DNA of 64,000 bases from Octopus sinensis (lineage: Eukaryota). Shown here in pieces: positions 37,075 through 50,124 of this stretch (the stretch's first letter is position 1; each line of letters starts with the position of its first letter). Under the pieces are notes generated by a model. It worked only from the letters and a program-made list of their open reading frames with translations, was not told the origin of the DNA and ran no database searches. The stretch lies in contig NC_042998.1 in the NCBI RefSeq assembly GCF_006345805.1, positions 51,274,001 to 51,338,000 of the forward strand, given 5' to 3'. Made by a program: the position numbers and the translations under genes.

Positions 37075-37768
37075 TAAGTAAATCATAAATCCAAAAAGAA
37101 GCACACTCTAAGTTATAGAGCAGTAGAGTATATCGATAAAGATAGATATGACCTGTTTATGAGGTTACCCTGGGTTTCATGTCCATAAATCACTTACCTT
37201 TACAGCATTTCTTCAGGCCCTAAACCCATTGGCCTATGGCTTGTCTAGTGAGTGGCTTCCCCAGAAAATGGAGGGTGAAAAGACTTTGTTACTGTCAACA
37301 ACAAGGGATTATCTCCCTTTGGCTGCTATTCATGATTGACCCTGTTGGTGTGTGGATCTCAGGACACTAGTAAAAATTTCCTGAAGTGCAAGCAGAGTCT
37401 GAAGACTTCTGTCCCGGAGTTAAGAATGTTTCCCAGGTCGAGAGAGTTCATTAAAATCTTCTGTGTTACACTGTACTAGAATTTTTGATTCAAGTCAAAT
37501 GTAACAAACTATTTCAAATTGTTGTTAGATTGTCTGTGTAAGACCAGATATTTTGTAGTCGCATAGAATTGTATAAGTAGTAATAATGATGTTAAACAAA
37601 ATTGTGATATTTTGAAATCATTTAATATGTATGTTTCAGGTCTGCAAAATATATAAGCAGAAATTCATCTTTTACATAAGACATTTCTCAGTTAAAACAT
37701 TTAAAAATATTTTGAAGTGTTTTAACTGGAGAAGGTCTTATGTAATAGATGGCATTTTCTATTATATA

Positions 37769-37800
37769 CTAGTAATGCATCCTAGCGTTGCCTGGGTATT
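37769..37800 (-). mobile_element. Helitron-like 3' terminus (different subfamily)
   Basis: Minus strand CCCAGGCAACGCTAGG hairpin, then ATGCATTA-CTAG followed by T. Confidence 0.55.
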
Positions 37801-38024
37801 AGGACCTACAGGCACATTGTATTATTTGCTCTTTACTTATGAGCAGAATTGGCACAGCTGATATATAATTAGTGGCATAATGGAAGTTATTGTTCGTTTA
37901 AAAGTGAAGGGGGAAGGTACAATTTGCATGGGTCTGCATGAAAGTGCTTCCTGTTCTTAAGAAGGATCACAAACTATGTATTGTTTCATCATATAAAAGG
38001 TGGTTAATATGATTTTGTCCAGAA

Positions 38025-38580
38025 ATCACGTTTACAAAATTTTAATTTTCCCCTATCGTCACCACAATTTCGTAATCTGTAACTTTTTTGAATTTTTTTT
38101 TTTTTTTTTGTCTTTGTTAGCCTAAGTAGAAAAATACAGAGATTATGAATCTGGGAAATATATTTTTTATAGTTTAATTTTTCTTAAAGAAACACTCAAT
38201 GCCCCTTCCTCCACTTCGCTCACCCATCATCTACTCGCTTTCACTTTTGTCTGATGTTTCCCACATGCATAGAATTCTACTGAAATAGCAAACCTAAAAA
38301 ATACCAGACCACTGCCAGAAAACCTGACTTGCTAGAAACAACAGGTAAACGACATTATTTCTGAAGAAACTTCCCTGCTTTCCAAAATGCTAAAAGTGAA
38401 ACATTGGGAGTGTGTAGCTTTTTGAAAGTGGTGAGGTGATGGGTAAAATTCTTAAAGGTTTGTACTCTCTGTTTTTTTCTCCATGAGTTACCAAGAAAAA
38501 ATATTTGAGGAAAGTAAAAAATGAATTTTGTGTGAAGAGGGAGGAAATTAAAATATTTAGAACGTGTTTTGTAGGTGAAA
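38025..38580. mobile_element. Old MITE/foldback with long imperfect inverted repeats
   Basis: TCACGTTTACAAAATTTTAATTTTCCCCT at the left vs AGGGAGGAAATTAAAATATTTAGAACGTGTTTTGTAGGTGA at the right; further weak inner symmetry. Confidence 0.4.
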
Positions 38581-38718
38581 TCTAATGTTGAATAATAGAG
38601 GTTATGTTATCCTGAGAATGTTCTAAAATTTCTTGAATAATGCATGACAATATGGCATCACTTACACAATCTTTTTGCAACCGTCTTTTGGTCAACAAAC
38701 TATCTTCTCTACGACATT

Positions 38719-39950
38719 ATGGTGAAGATGCAGGATCACAGTTCTGACTTAAGGAAGAAGATTGTTGATGCTCACACAGCTGGGGATGGGCATAAACAAT
38801 ATCTAAGAATTTCATAATGGCTTGGTCAACTGTTTGCAACATAATCATGAAGCAGTGAGATACCATTTGTTGAAGAACAAGGATGGATGTAGCAGAAGAA
38901 ACACTTTTCAGATTAAAATGAGAAAATGACAATTAAAATGGTCAACAAGGATCCTAAGATATCAACTGTAGTGATAAAAGCCAATTTGTCAGTTATCAGA
39001 GTTCATGCTTCAAGGTCAACAATTACTGAAACTTTCAATAAAAGCGGCTTGAAGGCATGCTACCTGTGGAATATTCCATTGTTGAAGATGAAGCACTTAA
39101 CTGCTTGTTTGAAGTTTGCAAGGGATTATCTGAGAAACCTGACTGTTTATGGTACTCTGTTCTGTGGTCTGATGAAAGTAAACTCAAGTTATTTGCCTAC
39201 AATGATAAGACTATTATTTGGAGGAAAAGATAAGAAGCCTACAATTCAAAAATTAGCCATCCCTACCATCAAACATGGTGGAAACAGCATAAGGCTTCAG
39301 AGCTGTTTTTTCTGCTTAAGGCACTGAAAGATCAATGAAGGAACAATGAAAAACGAGAATTATCTCAATGTTTTGAATGAAAACCTGAAGCAGCTGAGAT
39401 TAGGACATCATTCAACCTTTATGCAGGACAATGATCCCAATCATACTTCACTCTTAATCCAAAATTAGTTGAAAGGAAACAAGATAGGTGTACTCCCATG
39501 GCTAGCTCAAAGTCTTGGTGTAAACCTGACAGGAAATTTATGGTGGGAACTAAAGAAAACAGTGAAAGCAAGAAGCCATCTGATTTGAAGCAGCTGGTAG
39601 AATATGAGATTAAAGAATGAGCTAAAACCCCTTTTGGTTAGTGCTTGAAGCTAACTGGAAATTACCTTTGCAGATTGAAGGAACTTATTAAGCATAAAGA
39701 ATACGTTATTGGTTGCTAATCATAGAATGCTGTAGAGGTGCCAGTAATTTTGAACCATCCAATTATTTTGTTTTTCTGTTTTGCTCGATGAAAATAAATT
39801 GCTTTGGAATTTTAAAATTTTGTTGGTGTTCCTTCAGCAATTTTGCCTACAGTGACCGAAAATTATTTACATAAATACTAATTTTAGCAAGAAATTCAAT
39901 AAACACCTATATTTGAAAAGGGTGCCAATAAATGTGTGCATGACGGTATA
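38719..39950 (+). mobile_element. Tc1-like (DD34E) transposon, near-complete decayed transposase plus right TIR
   Basis: From ATG 38719: MVKMQDHSSDLRKKIVDAH..SRSTI..LWSDESK..PTIKHGG..FMQDNDPNHT..NLWWELKK, stop near 39719. Right end GGGTGCCAATAAATGTGTGCATGACGG-TA with an inner GGTGCCAGTAAT repeat (IR/DR type). Confidence 0.9.
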
Positions 39951-40019
39951 TACATATATGTTTTATATATATATATATACACTTAGTCAGGAAACAAACT
40001 CCTTAACCGCACAACCATG

Positions 40020-40030
40020 TTTATATATAT

Positions 40031-40090
<60 letters not shown>

Positions 40091-40109
40091 TACATATATA
40101 TATATATAC

Positions 40110-40141
<32 letters not shown>

Positions 40142-40321
40142 TATATATATATATATTATATATATTATATATATATATATAATATATATATATATACATA
40201 TATTCTTTCACTTGTTTCAGTCGTTTGACTGTTTGACTGCAACCATTCTGGAGCATTGCCTTAAAGAGTTTTAGTCAAAGAAATCAACCCCAGGACTTAT
40301 ACGTTGTAAGCCTAGTACTTA

Positions 40322-40381
<60 letters not shown>

Positions 40382-40385
40382 CTCT
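40020..40385. repeat. (TA)n tracts flanking a SINE A tail fragment (40200-40325, minus)
   Basis: Directly visible. Confidence 0.85.
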
Positions 40386-40857
40386 CAGATCCCAAATAAC
40401 AGGTGGGGATGAAATAAGCAAGTGGACTGGACATTTGCTTAAATTCAAAGGATTTTAGCTGATCCAGAAGACACTTATCCAAGATCAAAGGCGCTTTTCA
40501 AACCATAGGCCCATAAGGCTAGATTCCCAGATTCTGTGCTATATATATTCTCCAACTAGATGAGATGCTAGTCTGTCACAGGATTACTCAGATTTTGCTG
40601 AGTGAACTGGAGCAATGTAAAATAAAGTGTTTTGCTCAAGAACACAACACACTGCTTAGTCCAGGAATTGAAATCACAAACTTACGATCATGAGTGCAAC
40701 ATTCTATCCACTAAGCCGTGTGACTCCTCACATGCGCGCGCACACACACACACACACATGCGCACACATATATTATATGTAAGTGTATGTATGCATATAT
40801 GTTTGCGTGTGTGTATACAAGAATATAGTTCCTTCAGTTTACATCCAGAAAACTATA

Positions 40858-40895
40858 TGTCTATCTATCTGTCTATCTATCTGTCTATCTATCTG

Positions 40896-40950
<55 letters not shown>

Positions 40951-40995
40951 GTCTATCTATCTGTCTATCTTTCTATCTATATGTCTATCTATCTG

Positions 40996-41086
<91 letters not shown>

Positions 41087-41087
41087 C

Positions 41088-41130
<43 letters not shown>

Positions 41131-41222
41131 ATCTATCTATATGTCTATCTATCTATCTATCTATCTATCAATCTATCTATTTATTTATCTATCTATCTAT
41201 TTCTCTCTCTCTCTCTCTCTTC

Positions 41223-41271
<49 letters not shown>

Positions 41272-41380
41272 TACATATACATATATATATATATGCAGTT
41301 ATACAGGTTGTATGTCTGTATATATGTATGTATGTATGTATGCATAAGTGTGTGAGTGTGTGTATGTGTGTGTGTGTCAA
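40858..41380. repeat. (ATCT)n/(CT)n/(TA)n/(TG)n compound microsatellite
   Basis: Directly visible; source of the 251-aa and 190-aa spurious ORFs. Confidence 0.95.
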
Positions 41381-42352
41381 TGTTTGAATCAATAATGTAG
41401 TCTTTAGAGAATTCAACAATTTTCCTTCCACTTTTGTGTTTTTCTCAAAATTTTTTTAGTTTATGAAATATTTTCTAAAATGATTTTTCACTATTCTATA
41501 TCTCGCTGTTAGTGTTGTTGCTGTTGTTGTTGTTGGTGATGATGATGATATTGTCGCTGTTGCTGTATGCCTTTTATGTAAAGTTGTAACTTTATCTGAA
41601 AGAGATAATGCATGATTTTGAAGCCTTAATTCTTTTTTTGTCAGACACAAATGTTTTCTGATTATCAAACTTTGATTAAATTTATGTCTGCATAATAAAC
41701 AGAAAGACAGAGAAAGGAAGAGAGAAAGAGAGAGAGCAGTAGAGAACAAGAGAAAACAAGAGAGAGTAAGAAGGAGACAGAGATTTGACACAAACTGACT
41801 GTTTCTAAATAAGACTACAAGTATGATTCTATTAAATTTCATATTCATAATAATTCATTAGTTTGCATGAATATAGAGATTTATTTTTATTTTTGGGACC
41901 TTCATAAATCTCTGAACTGATTTTATCTGGGGGTCTCTTTTTAACTGTTTATGCTTGTCTGCATGATTCAAAGGTTAGGTGCGGGGGAAAGCAACTCAGG
42001 CTCTGTCTTAGATAAAGAATATGAGTTAGATCTTGATATCAGAAATGCCATATAAGACATAAAGTTATTTGGAATTGTCTTTCTACATCTGAAAGAATCC
42101 ATACTTTTTCTTAAAAGAATTTTTAAGTAGAACAATTATGATATATACATAAGAAAAATGTTTTAAACTTAGAAAATGAAATTATTTATTTAAAAATATC
42201 TGTTGCAGCTTGTCATATTTTATTAACTAGATTTTGATGATGTCACTTCTTAAATGGATTTTATATTGTTCACAATTATTAGCAATATGAAAAAGGTTCT
42301 GTCAACATCTACTCTAAAGCAATTTTCTTTTAATGACATGTGTGTGTGTGTG

Positions 42353-42387
<35 letters not shown>

Positions 42388-42388
<1 letters not shown>

Positions 42389-43145
42389 TGTGTACAGTGC
42401 TCAGGTGCACTACAACTCATCTAAAGTGTATATATAATCAGGTGTAGTTTCGGCGGATTTCGGAAAGCATGAGGGCCTTAAAAGATGCAGTGTCATGGCA
42501 GTCAACAACTGACGCAGGCAGTTTATTCCATGCTTCAGCAACTCTGAGCGTGAAAAAATGTTTCCGAAAGTCATGGGAGCTGTATTGTTTTCTGACTTTG
42601 TAGGCATGTCCACGTGTGTTAGACACATGGAGATCAAAAAGGTGTTCAGTGTTGTTGTTGGTGAGGTGGTTGATAACTTTGTGGGTGTTTACCAAGTCCG
42701 TCGCCAAATGCCGGAGCTTCAGTGAATCCATGCCCAGGGAAACAAGGCGCTCAGAATATGGTAGGTGTCTGATGGAGGGTATGCGTTTGGTTGCACGTCT
42801 CTGGACAGATTCCAGGAGGTCAATGTTCTGTGCAAGATAGGGGTTCCAAACTGATGATGCGAATTCCAAGTGTGGTCGTACCATAGCTGTTTACAGTTTT
42901 AAATAGATGGCTGGAGAGCGGCTAACAAAAGACCTGCTGAGTGATGCCAAGACACCCTCGGCCTTCCTGACAATCTTAGAGATATGCTTTGACCAACGCA
43001 AATCACTGCTGACAGTGATGCCTAGGTCACGCTCGCAAGAGGATTTCTTGATATCAGTGTTGTGGAGGGAGTAAGTGAACGCAGGGTTTTTTCTCCCAAA
43101 ATACATGGTGGTACACTTGTCCACAGCCAGTTTCAGTTGCCAGTC
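42388..43145 (-). mobile_element. CR1/L2-like LINE 3' fragment, same family as 15138-17125
   Basis: WQLKLAVDKCTTMYFGRKNP..ERDLGITVSSDL..VRPHLEFASSVWNPY..LESVQRRATK..RKHFFTLRVAEAWNKLP; shares the 3' end TACAGTGCTCAGGTGCAC; (TAA)n tail at 42355-42388. Confidence 0.92.
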
Positions 43146-43584
43146 TGTATGTATGTATGTATGTATGTATGTATATATGTACGTACGTACATAAGTACAT
43201 ACGTACGTATGTATGTATGTATGTTCTTTTTCTCTTCTTAGTTTAGAATAAATTTTGACCAGCCACATGCTTGGTAGCAAAGTTGTGAAAGAAAGCAACT
43301 TGTTTTGTTCATCATCCTTTAAATCTTAAGAAGGTCTCGCAGATTTTTATAATCTCAGATATTGTGATCATTTATAATGTATGAATTAAGATTTTGCATT
43401 CTGTCTCCAAAAATTCATATTCTGCTATACTTTGCTCCAAATGGTATGCATCCTGTTGCACCAATAATGATAGGTATGAAGCTAAAAGTGTATCTCAGGT
43501 ACTATATTTTCAAACTCGTTATCAATGGTCCCTCGATTTCCCCTTTCTCTTGTATTTTTTGAACCAGCTGATTTCTGCAACAGA

Positions 43585-43730
43585 ACATACCAGTTTCTCC
43601 TCTCCATGCCACTGATGTTATCCAAGAGAAATGCAAAGTCTGATACAGTTTGGCACCTGTGACATCACAACTCATTTCTACAGCTGAGTGAACTGGAGCA
43701 ATGTGAAATAAAGTGTCTTGCTCATTAGTG
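43585..43730 (-). mobile_element. SINE family D fragment
   Basis: CTCTCCATGCCAC..CATTTCTACAGCTGAGTGAACTGGAGCAA. Confidence 0.75.
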
Positions 43731-43814
43731 TCCAGAGTGCAGCTGATTTCTGCAACAGAACATATTTTCCCTTGTGGTCCCACACAACAATATTTGGCCA
43801 GTTTTGTTTTAATT

Positions 43815-44735
43815 GGTGGCTGTTTTACTTTTTAAGTTACACCAATATTCTTTTGACACATCGGTCTCAATATAGTCAACTTCAATTGTAAGTGTTATCT
43901 TTTTCGTTATCCTCTTCCAGACTGTTCTGGCCACCATATCATGCCACCTAGGAAGATAATATCTAGCAGACATTCTTTCACAGTTGGCATTAATGTGGTT
44001 GATGTCTTCAGTCTTGGTCTTACACTGCCTACATTTGTTGTCAGTCAATGTTTTCTGCCTTTTGTGCTGTTATTGTTGTTGTTGCTAAGCAACAAGACAG
44101 GTAAGGGTGATTAGGTGATGGTCCAGGGCTTAGGTGTGGGAGACCCCAGACCTTGGAAAAAAAAAAACTTTGGTCGTCTTGTTGTAGTCGAGGGCTCTTC
44201 GTTGACACCCGACACCACTGGGAGGTGGCCCTCGAAGTTGCTGGAAATGGAGATCTCCAGGTCCAAATTCTTGGACGGCGCTTTTTGTGCTGTAAGTACT
44301 TGGTAATGATCTCTTGTTCTCGGATTGCATGGATGTAACCTTCAAAATGGGATGTCATAAACTTGTCAGTACTCCATGCCAAGCGTTTGACCTGATCAGT
44401 CCATTTTATGGTTTGTATTTTTCATGTCAAGTACCCATGTACTATATTTTTAGTGAACTGATCCATTTTTCCATTTTGTTCCTCTGATAAATAGATTTTG
44501 CCAATGCTCCTTGGAGAGAGATCTGTATCAGTTATTATTCCATACCTCTCCTCAAGTTCATTAGCTATCCTAATTATGTTTTTGATTTCATGGTCACAGA
44601 CTTGGGTAAGATAGTTTACTGGTCTCTTGCCTCTGCTGCAGATGTTGCTTCAGTGTCACAATGCATACTTCATATGACATCAATACAGATTTGAGACCAC
44701 AGCCACCATCCTTATGTGGAAAGTGTATTTTGTAG
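43815..44735 (-). mobile_element. R4/Dong-like (restriction-endonuclease clade) LINE fragment, post-RT and CCHC region
   Basis: YFPHKDGGCGL (RLYLPRxxGGRGL motif), TSHFEGYIHAIREQEIITKYL, KCRQCKTKTEDINHINANC..RWHDMVARTVW..EYWCN. Confidence 0.85.
44071..44282 (-). mobile_element. 212-bp GC-rich retro-insertion with 11-bp TSD
   Basis: Flanked by TTTTGTGCTGT at 44060-44070 and 44283-44293; (CAA)n-like tail on the minus strand; splits the R4-like ORF. Confidence 0.85.
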
Positions 44736-44741
44736 GACTGA

Positions 44742-44828
44742 CTCTTCTTCTTCTTCTTCTTCTTCTTCTTCTTCTTCTTCTTCTTCTTCTTCTTCTTCTC
44801 TTCTTCTTCATCATCATCATCATCATCA

Positions 44829-44865
<37 letters not shown>

Positions 44866-44904
44866 TTCTTCTTCTTCTTCTTCTTCTTCTTCTTCTTCTT
44901 CTTC

Positions 44905-44970
<66 letters not shown>

Positions 44971-45030
44971 TTCTTCTTCTTCTTCTTCTTCTTCTTCTTC
45001 TTCTTCTTCTTCTTCTCTCTCTCTCTCTCT
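44742..45030. repeat. Alternating (TCT)n/(TCA)n microsatellite blocks
   Basis: Directly visible. Confidence 0.95.
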
Positions 45031-45398
45031 TATTCTCTCTCATTTTCTCTCTTTCTAGATTGTACCTGAAATTTAAAGATCCAAGCTTATCACATAGTGT
45101 CATACTGATTTGATCTTAAAATTACGACATCATCATCATAATCATCATTGTCGTCATCATGATTGTCATCATCATCATCATCATTTAACATCTGTTTTCC
45201 ATGCTGGCATGGGTTGGACAGTTTGACAGGGGTTAGCTAAGCAGAAGATAGCACCAGGCCTCACTGCCTGTTTTGGCAGGGTTTTGACAGCTGGACGTCC
45301 TTCCTAATACCAATCACCTTACATATGCCATAGAAAATTCAGCTACAAAGGCACTAATTCCACAGGTAAGAATCCAGTTGATCAAACAACTGAATACT

Positions 45399-45825
45399 CG
45401 GTTTGACCGGCAGTTTTTTCTAGCGGTGTCATATGAAATTGTCACCCATAATTATGACCCTAGTATCGATCTATTGCATTTCAATCTGTTTTAGGGTTAG
45501 GGTTAGAGTTAGGGTTAGTTAGGGTTAGGGTTAGGGATGGGGGGAAGGGTATCTTTTTTTCTTCAGAAATGTAAATAAACCCAATCTGTTTCTTAAATGA
45601 AGGACATATTCATACGGCACTGAATGTTTTCACCTCAATAGATGTCATTGATTGGTTGAAATTGCAGAAATTGAAAAAAAAAACAACAAATATCTTACAA
45701 ACTATAGAATGTTCTCAATAAAGCCAAGAGAAAAAGATGTTTTATAAACACATTCTACCAGTATATGAAGTTTAAAAGTGTTTAGTTACGTGGAAATTAT
45801 TTAAAAAAAACTGCCAGTCAAATCG
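45399..45825. mobile_element. TIR element containing an internal (TTAGGG)n tract
   Basis: CGGTTTGACCGGCAGTTTTTT (45399-45419) / AAAAAACTGCCAGTCAAATCG (45805-45825); telomeric-type repeats at 45491-45536. Confidence 0.75.
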
Positions 45826-47409
45826 AAAAGATCCCACCATTGAGCTATGTCACAGTTATTCAATGGGAAGTAACTGTATTGATTTGTCACTGAGTTTATT
45901 CGCTAAATTAAAACTACTACAGGAGGAAGATCACTTGAGAAGTAAAGCTTATTAAAAATTCTTGATTAATTAAAGAAAAAAATTGATTTTAAAATAAGAT
46001 ACTATTAAACATTTTTAGAATACACATCTTATTACTCATTATTTGAAAAAAAAATTTCTTAAATTCATTTTGTAATATTTTCTTTATTTTATTGGTACCT
46101 TGATTGATAACTTAATATTATCTGTAAAATTTAATTGCCATGATTCATTTTAAAGAATTAAATATCCATAATAATTAACTATGTATTTCCTATGTTTTTT
46201 TTGTTTTTTTTCTTAAGCCATTCTACAAACAAGCTCATTGAACTGACTGTTTAAAACAAATAGAAAATATGTAGCTCAAAAGATGATTGCTCACTTCAAG
46301 AAAGTTATTATAAATTGATGGTGTGTTATCTAAACAAACCAAGATTGATATGGTTGGAAAAGTGTAGTTCTGTGATGCATGGCAAGAGAGTAATAAGAAT
46401 GGAAATGGAAACAGAGATCAGATACAGCTTGAATGTAATCCAGAATTTCAAATTTAAGTTAGTCGATGAGATGTATGACTTGTATAATGGTTCTAACATT
46501 TATGAAGCTATTTACCATTAAATGCCTTTAGAATGATGATTAAGATAAATTATTTATTTTCATATATGAATAGGCTTTGTTTGTAAGTATCAAATCTTAT
46601 ACAGTGACATTTTCTTAGCTGTAGAAATAGACATCATATTTTATAGAAATATATTGTGAAAGACACTGGGAATCAGACACTTTGGTGATTTATGGCAATG
46701 GTGATTATACAGTGAATATGTTATATCATAATCTGTACAGAGAGTAAACAATACAAAATCTTTTGGTCCATGCTATCTAACGCATGGCTGTCTTAAAGTG
46801 ATATATTCTGATATGACATGAGACAACCCAGACATACAAATAAATTAACAAAGGTCAATAGTAACTAGAGAAGTGATACATTGATAAAAAAATCATATTG
46901 TTTCTGATATTTATTTTATTAACTCTTAAAAGACAAACAAGTCAGTCTATCAGCGTGCCAGTTTTTCTGCTACAAAAGCAAAAGGTCTTATGCCTTTGTA
47001 TATGTGTATATGTGTGAGGTCTAGTGGTTAAGGTGTTTTACTCACTGCCATCAGGTCATGGGTTCAATTCCTGAATCAGGTGGTGTGTTATGTTCTTGAG
47101 TAAAATACTTTATTTTACATTACTCTAGTCTACTCTATTGAAAATGAGTTCCACCTGCGTGCTGGTGCAGCCTTCGCTCCTTCTATTATTTTGCTGGGTC
47201 AGGGACAGGAGGACTGAAAATGTCTATGTCCACCTGTGACTACACAGGTGCCTGAAATAATTAGTGAAAGCATGATACCTGCTACCAAGTCATACCAGCT
47301 TGTGAATGACTGCTGGGGTTGATTTCGTTTTATACATATGCATGCACATACAATGTATATATGAATGTATGTATGTGTGTTTGTGTGTGTATAAGTGCAT
47401 GTATGTACA

Positions 47410-47613
47410 TATCTATGTATGTCATTATTCACTTTGTTTCAAGATTTCTGGCTAATAAAAAACTAGTTTCTAACCAAAATCCAAGTTTCCTTGATTAGAA
47501 TTTCAACATCAATAACAGGGTATTTTTGTTTGTATGTATGTATGTATGTATGTATGTATGTATGTATGTATGTATGTATGTATGTATGTATGTATGTATG
47601 TATGTATGTAGTA

Positions 47614-47664
<51 letters not shown>

Positions 47665-48075
47665 ATGTATGTATGTATGTATGTATGTATGTATGTACAG
47701 ATTTGTATGTCTTATGTGCAGATTTGTATGTTTTATGTATGTATTCTCATGCATATAGTTACATATCTAGACATGCTCATATATATTTAAATGATAAACT
47801 TGTGGAAAGTTTTACAGATTTTTACAGTTCTAGTGATGGATTAGATCTGTATTCTTTGAATTAGCTTTCTCCTTTCTGGTTTTGAGAAGCCTAATTTCTC
47901 AAGATTGGTATTTAGGCAGTGTTACATATCCCAGGGCCCCAATAATTACAGGTATAAACCTGAATTTGTAATCTGGATAGAGTAATTGCAGATTTCTCAA
48001 TAGTTCAGCATAGGTGTTCTCTTTTTCACTGATCTTAAGCTTTATGTTAACATCTGCTGGTCAGCTAATTTCCAC
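47410..48075 (-). mobile_element. R4/Dong-like LINE 3' end (RLE endonuclease tail and 3' UTR) split by (TATG)n
   Basis: VEIS*PADVNIKLKISEKENTYAELLRNLQLLYPDYKFRFIPVIIGALGYV matches the E..K..KY..L / PIVIGALG signature of RLE domains. Confidence 0.75.
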
Positions 48076-48118
48076 ATGCGTATGTATGTATGTATGTATG
48101 TATGTATGTATGTATGTA

Positions 48119-48285
48119 TAGGCACAGGAGTGGGTGTGTGGTAAGTAGCTTGCTTACCAACCACATGGTTCCGGGTTCATTCCCACTGCGTGGCACCTTG
48201 GGCAAGTGTCTTCTACTATAGCCTCAGGCCGAACAAAGCCTTGTGAGTGGATTTGGTAGTAGGAAACTGAAAGAAGTCCATCATA

Positions 48286-48336
<51 letters not shown>

Positions 48337-48560
48337 GTGTATATGTTTGTGTGTCTGTGATTGTCCCCCCAACATCGCTTGACAACTGATGCTGGTGTGT
48401 TTACGTCCCCATAACTTAGCGATTCGGCAAAAGAGACCGATAGAATAAGTACTAGGCTTACAAAGAATAAGTCCTGGGGTCAATTTGTTTGACTAAAGGC
48501 ATTGCTCCAGCATAGCCACAGTTAAATGACTGAAATAATTAAAAAGAGAAAAGAGAGTAT
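48119..48560 (+). mobile_element. SINE family A, full length
   Basis: GGCACAGGAGTGGGTGTGTGG head, GGGTTCATTCCC, full body and tail. Confidence 0.9.
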
Positions 48561-49122
48561 GTATGTATGTATGTATGTATGTATGTATGTATGTATGTAT
48601 GTATGTATGTGTGTGTGTGTGTGTATTTCTGTGTGTTTGTGTGTATCTGTGTCTGTGTAATTATCTTTGTCTATTAAGACGAAAGAAATTTTTTCAGAAT
48701 TTTAAATAGTAAAAGCTTGAGAGATCTGAAATATTAATCACTTTGATGATATCTTAAAGACATAACTAAAAACTCTGGCATCTGGTGCTTCAGCACTTAC
48801 ACATAATCAAGCTATATTTAAACAGAATCTACCTAAATCAGTAGATTTGATAGAGAGACTAAAGTGTTGAAATGAAATAACTATACGAGTTGTGTACCTT
48901 GTTAAAAGTAGAAGGTAAATGAAACATTGAGATTATAACTGATAAGGCAGATAAATAAGTTATCTTCCAGCTCTTTAGCATATTTCTAGCATGAAATCAA
49001 TAATTATTTCAATTATGTATTTTTATATCTAAACTGCTGATCTGATAATAATATGTATTAATGTACTGAAACACCTCAGAAAGCTAACACTTAATTACCA
49101 TATTAGCTAATAGCTAAATTAA

Positions 49123-49342
49123 CCCTTTAACATTCAGATTACTCTGTCAAATGCAGTGCTTATTTATTCACATTGACTTGAAATAATAATGTGCTATCTT
49201 GTAGCTTTCAGATTTCAGTGATGTGTTTATTTATTTTTAGAAGGAAATTGTAGGGCAGGTACAAGAGGTGTGATCTAACCAATTTGAACATAAAACTGGT
49301 AGAATATTTGGGCCAGATATGACTAATTTAAATGTTAAAGGG
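49123..49342. mobile_element. piggyBac-like MITE
   Basis: TTAA TSD (49119-49122, 49343-49346) and TIR CCCTTTAACATT / AATGTTAAAGGG. Related copies at 62339-62558, 57240-57430 and 61515-61570. Confidence 0.85.
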
Positions 49343-49349
49343 TTAAATA

Positions 49350-49790
49350 TCCTTTTCTACTCTAGGCACAAGGCCTGAAATTTTGGTAGGGCAGAGGCCA
49401 GTTAATTAGATCGACCCCCCAATATACAATTGGTACTTAATTTATCGACTCTGAAAGGATGAAAGGTAAAGTCGACCACGGCAGAATTTGAACTCAGAAC
49501 ATAAAGACGGATGAAATACCACTAAGCATTTCACCCGGCATTTTAATGTTTCTTATTTCTGTATTGCCTACAAGAGGCTAAACATAGAGGGGACAAACAA
49601 GGACAGACAAATGGATAAAGTCGATTACATTGACCCCAGTGCGTAACTGGTACTTAATTTATTGACTCCGAAAGGATGAAAGGCAAAGACGACCTTGGCA
49701 GAATTTGAACTCAGAACGCAACGGTAGACGAAATACTACAAAGCATTTCTCCTGACATGCTAACGTTTCTGACAGCTCGCCGCTTTTAAA
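49350..49790 (-). mobile_element. Two stacked SINE family B copies
   Basis: GAAAGGATGAAAGG.AAAG.CGACC..GGCAGAATTTGAACTCAGAAC occurs twice. Confidence 0.8.
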
Positions 49791-50124
49791 GGGTTAAGTA
49801 TTGCATTTTCAAATAAACTAAAAAATTTTGCAGAAGAACCCACCCACTTTTCTATTACTTCTTTTTCTTTATTTCATCCTTGAAAAATCTATAAAGATCT
49901 CAGGCATGGGCAGCCTTTTTTGAGGAATGTCACTCTGTCGGTTATGTCAACAAGTGTTCCAGCTGATCCGATCAACAGAACAGCCAGCTTGTGAAATTTA
50001 CACACAAGTGGCTGAGCGCACCACAGACACATGTACACTTAACGTAGTTTTCAGGGAGATTCAGCATGACATAGAATGTGACAAGGTGGCCCTTTGAACT
50101 ATAGGGGTGACCCCTCCTCTCGAT

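Noticed and set aside
40632-41387. 251-aa and 190-aa ORFs, and similar ORFs at 11637-12366, 33048-33469, 44714-45069, 47491-47864 and 57460-57799
   Set aside because: They are translations of microsatellites (poly SIYL, IY, VC, Ser, Met) with no protein-like content.
41456-41848. 130-aa minus-strand ORF with a strong polypyrimidine acceptor near 41697
   Set aside because: Built largely from (CT)n, (CAT)n and (CAA)n repeats; no family recognised.
45491-45536. True telomere or chromosome-fusion site
   Set aside because: Only about seven units in a single orientation, enclosed within a TIR element.
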